Virus record (IMG/VR): IMGVR_UViG_3300045738_001117
Location: 1-55,532 of that record
Reading direction: 5' to 3' (one strand)
DNA length: 55,532 bases
Origin: a virus
Lineage: Duplodnaviria; Caudoviricetes
Part shown: positions 1 through 6,841 of the stretch, piece after piece
How the letters are laid out: each line of letters begins with the position of its first letter
Position numbering within the stretch: position 1 is the stretch's first letter
Made by a program: the position numbers and the translations under genes
Notes under the pieces: model-generated
Seen by the model: only the letters and a program-made list of their open reading frames with translations
Told to the model about the DNA's origin: nothing
Databases searched by the model: none

Positions 1-176
1 CATATATTGTGTATATATACTCTTCTCCATAATCTCTTGTATTTGCAGCATGAAGATAAAAATCTCCCGCTCCTTGTTTAAAATGACTTATTACTTGAGC
101 AGCCAAACAACTCATTCCGTTAGCTAATGAGTCATCACTTCTACCCACAGGTAATCCATTTACAATATCCATACCT
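1..176. repeat. Terminal direct repeat / circular overlap, left copy
   Basis: Identical to 55357-55532 except C49 vs T55405; lies mid-gene. Confidence 0.97.
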
Positions 177-298
177 TGTAAAAACTCAAGTAAATCCACA
201 CCATGTCCTTCTGGATATCCATCCATTTGTCTATACATTACAACAATTTCTTCATCATTAAAATTATCAATGAATGTTGTTAGGCTTCTTGTCCCCAT
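1..298 (-). CDS. 5' part of a 139-aa phage hypothetical protein spanning the contig junction (MGTRSL...YRQMDGYPEGHG), continues at 55356-55235
   Basis: ATG at 298 overlaps the upstream stop (TAATG); frame is open across the terminal overlap into ORF 55235..55528. Confidence 0.85.
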   Translation of the reverse strand, partial: MGTRSLTTFIDNFNDEEIVVMYRQMDGYPEGHGVDLLEFLQGMDIVNGLPVGRSDDSLANGMSCLAAQVISHFKQGAGDFYLHAANTRDYGEEYIYTIY

Positions 299-600
299 TA
301 TTCTTCCCCCCTATATCCTATTGATGATATCATGCCTCCTGGTCCAGATTTCTTAGTAGTCTTTTTCTCAATGTATTTTTTATGTAATACATCATAGTTC
401 ATTATTAATTCTTCATATACATCTCTTGCTATGCCTGTGGCCTTTACAGCTTCAGAAGTAAACATATTATAATGTCCTTGTTCTCTTACTGCTTCGTAAG
501 CCATAAACTCTTTTTTTGATACTGATATTTCATTCATTTTTTCATTCCTTTCTTCTTTGTCCCAGTAAGTACAGTCCTCACAGCATTTATCTTCTAGCAT
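298..600 (-). CDS. Hypothetical protein, DUF5049-like (true start possibly 537)
   Basis: AYEAVREQGHYNMF motif; AAGGA upstream of ATG at 537. Confidence 0.6.
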   Translation of the reverse strand: MLEDKCCEDCTYWDKEERNEKMNEISVSKKEFMAYEAVREQGHYNMFTSEAVKATGIARDVYEELIMNYDVLHKKYIEKKTTKKSGPGGMISSIGYRGEE

Positions 601-1274
601 ATTTCAAACCCACCGCTTTGCTTGCAAAACTCTGAAAAATCTACTACATTATCCCTATCAAATGGATATCTAGTAGCAAATGCTACTACTGTGCCTTTAC
701 CATGACAGCTATTGCATCCCTTCATCTCATTCGCCCACTTAAATGATACCTGTACAGGTATATTTAATCCGTGAACAAGCTCTTCATCTGTGTCTATTTG
801 CTCAAGAGTATCATGTGTTTTAAGCCATTCTTCCTTAGATTCCCATCCTTCCCAGCCTTTTCTTGTGCCAAGACCATCACATATTCGACATGGTTCCTTT
901 GGTGTTGATTTCATCTCTTTCTTATAGTCATTTTCATATTTAAGTAGGAACCCATCTTCAATTAATTCATTTAGTCTATTAGAAATTGCTATTGCTTTAT
1001 CTCCATCTATTATATGTCCGTCATTATATCCTCCACTTTCCATATCTTCATTGCTGAGAATGTCACCGCACGTATTACAAACAAATTCCCATAGTGGCCT
1101 CCACCACCAGACATTATTCCTGAAGTAACTACCAGGCACTTTGTTATCAAACTCATCTTTCATTTCAAAATACTCTTCTGTCTCTTTTTTACTAGGATTT
1201 AGGTCCCAATCTATTTCAGGTCTCTTTATGTTGTTGTTATTTATTGGTTCTAGTCCATGTAAGTCGAATCCCAT
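594..1274 (-). CDS. Conserved phage protein with two DnaJ-type CxxCxGxG zinc knuckles
   Basis: YFRNNVWWWRPLW and SGGFEIC termini; CRICDGLG and CNSCHGKG. Confidence 0.8.
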   Translation of the reverse strand: MGFDLHGLEPINNNNIKRPEIDWDLNPSKKETEEYFEMKDEFDNKVPGSYFRNNVWWWRPLWEFVCNTCGDILSNEDMESGGYNDGHIIDGDKAIAISNRLNELIEDGFLLKYENDYKKEMKSTPKEPCRICDGLGTRKGWEGWESKEEWLKTHDTLEQIDTDEELVHGLNIPVQVSFKWANEMKGCNSCHGKGTVVAFATRYPFDRDNVVDFSEFCKQSGGFEIC

Positions 1275-1453
1275 GTCAGCCCCCTTCTATTGTAGTGTCT
1301 TCTGAGTCGTGCTACTTCACTCTTTGCCATCCTTGTATCCTCAAAGAATATTCTAACTCCACTTGTAAGCTTAAAGCCATATTTCTTATTCTCTTTAATG
1401 GGATACAAAATCATATCACAGTAGTCTTTAACAAACTCATTTATGTTCATCAT
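1250..1453 (-). CDS. Hypothetical protein
   Basis: AAGGGGG SD; packed in operon. Confidence 0.65.
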   Translation of the reverse strand: MMNINEFVKDYCDMILYPIKENKKYGFKLTSGVRIFFEDTRMAKSEVARLRRHYNRRGLTWDSTYMD

Positions 1454-1808
1454 CGTCCCCCTTATTTATTACAAGACCAATTTCATCAAGCATATCTTGC
1501 ACACTCTTATCAGCGGATAGTTTTGTAAACTCTTCTTTAGTTACTTCTTCACATCCTACCACTGGACACGAATCTAGAACTTCAACAATAGTCTCAACTA
1601 CTTCACGAATAGAGCTGTTTATATGTTTAAGTTCTTTGTCAAGACTATCGTCATCGTAGACGATGTCAAGTAACTCTGGCATGCTAAAATGTTTTATTGT
1701 CATTTTAGTAACTTTTTCAGTTGCCTCTATCAGATTTTCAGTTATGTTTTGCATTATTTGAATGCCAGCCATTAACTGTAGTATTTTTTGTAATATGTCT
1801 TCGTTCAT
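1437..1808 (-). CDS. Acidic hypothetical protein
   Basis: AAGGAGAGG SD; 123-aa ORF. Confidence 0.8.
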   Translation of the reverse strand: MNEDILQKILQLMAGIQIMQNITENLIEATEKVTKMTIKHFSMPELLDIVYDDDSLDKELKHINSSIREVVETIVEVLDSCPVVGCEEVTKEEFTKLSADKSVQDMLDEIGLVINKGDDDEHK

Positions 1809-1853
1809 TTGTGTCCTCTCCTTATATAAGATTACTATCCTCTAAAAATATTT

Positions 1854-1935
1854 GCACCCCCTGCTGTTTGGGCACCTTGTTTTAGCAGAGGACATATCTG
1901 TATGTTATTAACATACATTAACAAGCAAGGGGTGC
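1854..1935 (-). ncRNA. Candidate structured RNA cassette 1
   Basis: GCACCCCUUGCUUGUU pairs with AACAGCAGGGGGUGC (15 bp, 1 GU, 1 bulge); inner hairpin UGUAUGUUA/UAACAUACA; intergenic. Confidence 0.55.
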
Positions 1936-1948
1936 TTAGTAAAACTAA

Positions 1949-2059
1949 TCAAAGCGCACTCTGCGCACCTGCCTTTTTAGCGTCTGCTTTAGCTTTTGTC
2001 CACTCATTCCACCAGTATCCACCAAAGAATCCAATCATTAGTCCAATTATTATATCCAT
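1949..2059 (-). CDS. 36-aa membrane peptide (MDIIIGLMIGFFVGYWWNEW...)
   Basis: Read manually; AAGGAGAGGAG SD; N-terminal hydrophobic helix. Confidence 0.75.
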   Translation of the reverse strand: MDIIIGLMIGFFGGYWWNEWTKAKADAKKAGAQSAL

Positions 2060-2112
2060 AGGTCTCCTCTCCTTTTAATATTGTTAGTCAATCTAATTGC
2101 TTTAGCCAAGTT

Positions 2113-2206
2113 AATTGCTTTAGCCCATTAAAAAGTATACCCTGTCTACCCTCCTCGAGCCGATGTTTTGCCAAAAGCTCCAACTTCTCAATGGGCTTAA
2201 GCTATT
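2113..2206 (-). ncRNA. Candidate structured RNA cassette 2
   Basis: 24-nt arms 2183-2206 and 2113-2136 pair 22/24 on the minus strand (2 GU, 2 A-A); 46-nt core. Confidence 0.6.
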
Positions 2207-2276
2207 TATCTAGCATTACTGCAATGAATATTAATATACACATTGCTGCAAGGACTATCAAGCCTACTTCTAACAT
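2202..2276 (-). CDS. 24-aa membrane peptide (MLEVGLIVLAAMCILIFIAVMLDK)
   Basis: Read manually; TAATG coupling to upstream gene; GAGAGG SD. Confidence 0.6.
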   Translation of the reverse strand: MLEVGLIVLAAMCILIFIAVMLDK

Positions 2277-2455
2277 TAGAAGTTCCTCTCACCGATCTCA
2301 TAATTCTTATCGGCTTTACTATCTTCTGCTACTTTAATATACTCTTCATCTGTTACTGCACCACAATATATGCAATAACCTAAGTTTATATTGCTCATGA
2401 AGTATGATTTGCATATTAAGCACTCTCCAACACTCAGGTTTATATCTGTCATCAT
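2276..2455 (-). CDS. Small zinc-ribbon protein
   Basis: CLIC...CIYC; AAGGAGG SD before ATG at 2455 (shorter than the ORF track call). Confidence 0.75.
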   Translation of the reverse strand: MMTDINLSVGECLICKSYFMSNINLGYCIYCGAVTDEEYIKVAEDSKADKNYEIGERNF

Positions 2456-2481
2456 TATTCCTCCTTTATTAAAATAAAGTA

Positions 2482-2609
2482 TTGATTGAGCTGTTACATT
2501 GCTCGAGCAAGTGGTCATTTTTTAAAGAGGGTTTTCGACCCCAATAACATATGTGGTTATGTAGCACTGCTTTATCCACTGCTTAATCCCTTATTTTACA
2601 CTCAATCAA
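2482..2609 (-). ncRNA. Candidate structured RNA cassette 3
   Basis: UUGAUUGAG-UGU / ACA-g-CUCAAUCAA closing stem; inner hairpins AUAAC/GUUAU and GGGU/ACCC; palindrome UUGCUCGAGCAA. Confidence 0.5.
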
Positions 2610-2632
2610 AATTCTGTTGTTATTGTTAGTTC

Positions 2633-2767
2633 TTACCTTCTTAGTCCAAAGAATCTTAGTATTCTAAATATCCTTGACTCCATACAATAACTATGCCAAG
2701 CATCTAAAAATATACACGCCTTTATAGCTCCTTCACCTATTGTGGTTGGTTGCATGTAATCTTTCAT
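2633..2767 (-). CDS. 44-aa hypothetical protein
   Basis: Read manually; ATGA overlap with upstream stop; GAGGAGG upstream. Confidence 0.55.
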   Translation of the reverse strand: MKDYMQPTTIGEGAIKACIFLDAWHSYCMESRIFRILRFFGLRR

Positions 2768-3018
2768 TTATATTCCTCCTCTTGTCTTTCTCGAGCTGCA
2801 GCAAATATTTCACTTAAAAGACCCCTGTCTTTCTCGTTTGGTCTTAAAAGTTTAGATATTCGCCTTTTACAGCTACGCCATAGTTCATCAACAGACATTG
2901 TATTATTCTTTTTAGTTTTACCAACACTCCAAGTGTTCTCAAGAAATGGAGATACTTCTTCAATGTCTTCAAATAACTCTTTTATTTTAGGATCAAGTTT
3001 ATCTGGTGTATTTGACAT
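2764..3018 (-). CDS. Hypothetical protein
   Basis: AAGGAGG SD; 84-aa ORF. Confidence 0.8.
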   Translation of the reverse strand: MSNTPDKLDPKIKELFEDIEEVSPFLENTWSVGKTKKNNTMSVDELWRSCKRRISKLLRPNEKDRGLLSEIFAAARERQEEEYK

Positions 3019-3033
3019 AATGTCCTCCTTAAG

Positions 3034-3267
3034 TTATTTTATATATCTGCGTCGTGATTCGTGTTTAACATAAATACCTTCTTCAAATGATAAAGTAATA
3101 ACAAGTGTTACTGTCTCTGGTAACATCCAATACTGTGTGTACCACTTTATTGGTTCTTTTATACCTATACCAATAACAAAGGGCTTAAAGAATGAATATA
3201 TAATGTCACAGTACCGCCCTCTTATATAAAATACTTTCCTTTTATACTTATTAGGATGCTTTATCAT
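3034..3267 (-). CDS. Hypothetical protein
   Basis: Fills operon gap; no clear SD. Confidence 0.5.
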   Translation of the reverse strand: MIKHPNKYKRKVFYIRGRYCDIIYSFFKPFVIGIGIKEPIKWYTQYWMLPETVTLVITLSFEEGIYVKHESRRRYIK

Positions 3268-3274
3268 AAATGTA

Positions 3275-3448
3275 TCAATGCAACATCAATGTTTGTGCAT
3301 CTCGTTTAAATTCAACCTTACTATTGTCAGTATCATCGTGCTCAGTCTCACAATGGAATGACTCTTCGTAATGTTTTTCACCTATATATTCCAGTGTATC
3401 TGTACTTTCTTTCTTACTCTTTAACTCTTTATGTTCATCTAATCTCAT
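3275..3448 (-). CDS. Hypothetical protein (57 aa)
   Basis: GAGAGGA SD before ATG at 3448. Confidence 0.6.
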   Translation of the reverse strand: MRLDEHKELKSKKESTDTLEYIGEKHYEESFHCETEHDDTDNSKVEFKRDAQTLMLH

Positions 3449-3507
3449 TGTTATGTCCTCTCTGCTGTTGTTAATGCCCAAGTTTACTATGTTTATATAG
3501 TTATATC

Positions 3508-3645
3508 TTATCATATGATAATCATTACTCTTTATACTTACTTATATGTACCTGTATGTACCTGTGTATAGTTATACTTATACTCTCTAAAGAGAGTATT
3601 ACTGCTATATATAGTAATAAGGGCCCTATATAGTAATAAGGGCCC
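3508..3645. repeat. AT-rich cluster of tandem and inverted repeats (possible origin/terminus/promoter region)
   Basis: Palindrome TTATCATATGATAA 3508-3521; (TATGTACCTG)x2 3545-3564; ATACTCTCT-aa-AGAGAGTAT 3580-3599; (TATATAGTAATAAGGGCCC)x2 3608-3645. Confidence 0.85.
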
Positions 3646-3701
3646 CTATGTACTCGTGTTGCTAGCCATTCGTTATAATTTATAGAACTGAAAGTGAAAC
3701 G

Positions 3702-3902
3702 CTAAGAAAGCCGTTTCACTTGTGCTGCGTCGAGAGAAGCGAGCTTGGCCCCGAAGGACCCGTCGTTCTTCACGAAGTGGAGTGCATCACCGTTCACCGC
3801 TACGGTAAAGGTCTTAGTGACGGACTCGGTGGTCATTTCTCCCGTTTCCTTGTCTCTGAGGACGAGGGTTGTTGGAACCTCTATTTCAAACATTCTTATC
3901 AT
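3702..3902 (-). CDS. 66-aa first gene of the leftward block, GC-rich
   Basis: AAAAGGAGGT SD; about 52% GC by hand count; many C-ending codons. Confidence 0.85.
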   Translation of the reverse strand: MIRMFEIEVPTTLVLRDKETGEMTTESVTKTFTVAVNGDALHFVKNDGSFGAKLASLDAAQVKRLS

Positions 3903-4006
3903 TTGCTACCTCCTTTTTGGGTTTTCAACGAAAAAAGTGTTTTCGGAAAGTCTTCATGCTATTATGGGTGAGTATATTTGCTGCGCTTCAAAATCCTATA
4001 AAGTTC

Positions 4007-4035
4007 TTGACACACTTGGGCATTTAGTTTAAATT
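4007..4035 (+). promoter_or_regulatory. Sigma70-type promoter for the structural block
   Basis: TTGACA-17 nt-TAAATT, 11 nt before ATG 4047. Confidence 0.75.
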
Positions 4036-4046
4036 CATAAGAGATT

Positions 4047-4271
4047 ATGAGTGCCGAAGAAATAAAGAGTTTATCAAAATTGCCTCTAGAATTGCAGGAG
4101 GAGTTTCTAAAAGAGATGAGTGAGAGTGGTAATGGGGACGACAACAGGGACGTAAATATAGAGATAGATGGAATTATTTATCTTGTGCCGATGGCAGTGT
4201 CACATTTAATAGATAGTTTAGTTTTTCAGATTGGGGAGATGTATGAGATTCGGCACGATAAAGGGAATTAG
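4047..4271 (+). CDS. Acidic hypothetical protein
   Basis: First ORF after the promoter, near-leaderless; overlaps TerS start. Confidence 0.7.
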   Translation: MSAEEIKSLSKLPLELQEEFLKEMSESGNGDDNRDVNIEIDGIIYLVPMAVSHLIDSLVFQIGEMYEIRHDKGN

Positions 4272-5046
4272 TCACTATATATTTGATAACGATGATGAGC
4301 TTAGCAGTTACTTTGGCGGCAGTCCGCCGAATATAGTTAATGATTGGCGAAATGGTTCTGAGGGAGATTGGGTAAGGAGTGATGATGGATGTATAGTTCA
4401 GCTGTTGAAAGTATCAGATAAACTGCCCCATCCAGGAGACAGGAAGAACTACAAATGGAGCGGCGGGTGGATAAGGACGATAGTTGGGACATTTATTATA
4501 AGACGTAATACATTCATGGATACTGACTTTGATAAACATCCAGATAGGTATACATTCTCAGGTAAGAAAAAGACTCCTATCCAAAGAGTAGATGAACGTA
4601 AGAATATAACGAAACGTGAGCGTATGTTTGCGATGAATGTAGTTGTTGGCATGGGTCCAGTTAAAGCATACATGGATGCATTTGAGAGGGAACAGAATCC
4701 TCAGAGTGCTAGGAAGAAAGCAGTAGTACTATTAAAGCAGGAGCGGGTAATGAAAGAAATTGAGAAGTCTGTATTAGATGTAGCAAAAGAGCTTGGTATT
4801 GACCATGAGTATGTATTGAATAAGCTGAAGTGCTTAGCCGACAATACCCAAGATATGAATATAGTGTTACAAGCTACAAAAGAGTTAGGAAAAGCTGTCG
4901 GGACAATGGGCACTACAATTCGGCAGAAGGAGATGGGTATAATAGGGATGTTCTCAGGTTTTACGCCTCAAGAGTTAGAAGGAGCAAAGCGTGGTGACTT
5001 GGAGATATCCGACATAACAGGAGCAGTCCAAAATGGCAATAAGTAA
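4243..5046 (+). CDS. terS: Putative terminase small subunit with N-terminal extension
   Basis: KAYMDAF...SARKKAVVLLKQERV HTH-like pattern then EYVLNKL...QATKELGK; upstream of TerL; GGAG SD before ATG 4243. Confidence 0.65.
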   Translation: MRFGTIKGISHYIFDNDDELSSYFGGSPPNIVNDWRNGSEGDWVRSDDGCIVQLLKVSDKLPHPGDRKNYKWSGGWIRTIVGTFIIRRNTFMDTDFDKHPDRYTFSGKKKTPIQRVDERKNITKRERMFAMNVVVGMGPVKAYMDAFEREQNPQSARKKAVVLLKQERVMKEIEKSVLDVAKELGIDHEYVLNKLKCLADNTQDMNIVLQATKELGKAVGTMGTTIRQKEMGIIGMFSGFTPQELEGAKRGDLEISDITGAVQNGNK

Positions 5047-5992
5047 AGAAAGAGTCGAAGAGATACTTGGATATTATTTACTTCATGGTGAAGATATCAC
5101 TTGTGATAGTTATGGTATCAAACCACGTACACTGAGGCGTTATATACGGGAATCGAAGCAAAGGTTTAATATACCTGATATTGATAAGAGTGCAGCATTA
5201 CGAAGGATATCTGAGCAATACTCTCCAAAAGAACTCGAAGCTATCGCAAAAGGTGGAAGGGTATTACCAGGTCAGCCTAGTATACCAGTTGTTAATCTAA
5301 ATGGAGACAGAACAAGAATAGGTGTAATGGGAGATGTGCACTTTGGCAGTAAGTACTGTCTTTACGAGCTTGTTGATATTGCCTTTAGAGAGTTTGAAAA
5401 AGAAGGATGTGATATTGTCTGCCAGGTAGGTGACCTGACTGAAGGGATGTCTAACAGACCTGGGCATGTATATGAGCTTGATAGAATAGGTTACCACGAA
5501 CAGAAGAAAGTAGCTATTGAGTATATGAGTAGATGCCCTGCTCCTCTCTATATCATTGATGGCAACCATGATAGGTGGTTTATAAAGAGCAATGGTGCCC
5601 TAATTGTAAAAGATATATGTGATGCTATCGATCATGCTGAGTTTCTTGGACATGATGAAGGTAATCTTTCTCTAGGAGGTAATGCTACTCTTAGAATGTG
5701 GCATGGAGAAGATGGCAGTAGTTATGCAGTTAGTTACAGGATACAGAAGATAATAGAGTCTCTTACTGGTGGTCAGAAGCCGAATGTTATGTTGTTTGGT
5801 CATGTACACAAGAGTATGTATCTATTTGATAGACACATACATTGTTATAGTGCTGGGGCATTTCAGAGACAGACAGCTTGGATGAGAGGTAAAAGATTAT
5901 CATCTCATACAGGATTTTGGATAGTAGATGTTTATGTTAATGAGGGTGGAGTTGCCAAGACTACAGGGACTTGGTATCCTTTTTATATGTAA
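5033..5992 (+). CDS. Calcineurin-like metallophosphoesterase with N-terminal HTH
   Basis: GDVH, GDLTEG, GNHD, WHG, GHVH motifs. Confidence 0.9.
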   Translation: MAISKERVEEILGYYLLHGEDITCDSYGIKPRTLRRYIRESKQRFNIPDIDKSAALRRISEQYSPKELEAIAKGGRVLPGQPSIPVVNLNGDRTRIGVMGDVHFGSKYCLYELVDIAFREFEKEGCDIVCQVGDLTEGMSNRPGHVYELDRIGYHEQKKVAIEYMSRCPAPLYIIDGNHDRWFIKSNGALIVKDICDAIDHAEFLGHDEGNLSLGGNATLRMWHGEDGSSYAVSYRIQKIIESLTGGQKPNVMLFGHVHKSMYLFDRHIHCYSAGAFQRQTAWMRGKRLSSHTGFWIVDVYVNEGGVAKTTGTWYPFYM

Positions 5993-6019
5993 AGGGAGAA
6001 GATAGGGGTTATAAGAATA

Positions 6020-6415
6020 ATGAATAAAAAAAACCTACTAATCTTATTAGTTTTGTTAGGGTGTGAATACACTACTATCTTAAATTCTGATGCAGAGGAA
6101 TTTCCTCTTTTTGAATTAGCTGGTACGTCTTACTGGCAATTACAACATGAAGGAGAGGGAGATGATAGAAATCCTATTGCCAGAATAATACTTCAAATGT
6201 ATGCTTATTACGATGGTGTTGTAGATGAGGTATGGTTTCATGGTAAAGTATTAGATGGAATTACTTATGAATTTATTTCCGAAGATAGTGTATATATCGG
6301 ACATTTTGTTGGAAGAGCTGATTCTACTTTTAGCATTTATAGACAGGATGGTTATGCAAATCGTCCAGAATACCCTAAATGGGCAATGTGGGTAACAAGC
6401 GAATCAAATGAATAA
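6020..6415 (+). CDS. Predicted lipoprotein
   Basis: MNKKNLLILLVLLG-C signal peptide and lipobox. Confidence 0.7.
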   Translation: MNKKNLLILLVLLGCEYTTILNSDAEEFPLFELAGTSYWQLQHEGEGDDRNPIARIILQMYAYYDGVVDEVWFHGKVLDGITYEFISEDSVYIGHFVGRADSTFSIYRQDGYANRPEYPKWAMWVTSESNE

Positions 6416-6426
6416 AGAACCACCCA

Positions 6427-6657
6427 ATGGATAATGTAGCAGAAAAATTAGAGACTTATCTTAAACTAAGATATCCTCCTGTAAAAGGACTTCATCTTGA
6501 TGAAGCTATAAAAGAGTTGAAATATATCTCAAAAAAACTTGGTAGCTTTGGGTTAATACATATGACCTCAAGAGACACAGATGCTGTAAGACGGATACTT
6601 GCAATAATAGATGGTATAGAGGTACCTCAAAAGATAGCAGTAGATGGCGAAGCATAA
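6427..6657 (+). CDS. Hypothetical protein
   Basis: ORF in operon. Confidence 0.7.
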   Translation: MDNVAEKLETYLKLRYPPVKGLHLDEAIKELKYISKKLGSFGLIHMTSRDTDAVRRILAIIDGIEVPQKIAVDGEA

Positions 6658-6841
6658 GAAATCAGTCACGAACCACGACATGAGGAGAGCTATACAAGAT
6701 ATGTACTCTCTGATATTGAATTTACAGCAAAGAATACTTAATATAGAGTACGCACTGTCTTCATATGTAGAGATGAAGAAAGATGCAAAGAAGTTTACAA
6801 AATTTTTAGATAAAAAGGCAGATGTAAAAGATGGCGAATAA
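6644..6841 (+). CDS. Small coiled-coil protein
   Basis: Overlapping operon ORF. Confidence 0.7.
   Translation: MAKHKKSVTNHDMRRAIQDMYSLILNLQQRILNIEYALSSYVEMKKDAKKFTKFLDKKADVKDGE

Noticed and set aside
1-176. Physical terminal repeats of the virion DNA
   Set aside because: The repeat lies in the middle of a gene and has no flanking signals; assembly overlap is the simpler explanation
2585-2600. AAGGGATTAAG on the minus strand resembling the 3' end of some CRISPR repeats (RNA anti-CRISPR)
   Set aside because: Only a short match recalled from memory; no full repeat or palindrome; needs a database search
3608-3645. CRISPR mini-array
   Set aside because: Two abutting 19-bp copies with no spacer
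3720-4032. Plus-strand ORFs 3720..3971 and 3745..4032
   Set aside because: Antisense to the SD-supported 3702..3902 gene; open because the local high GC reduces stop codons
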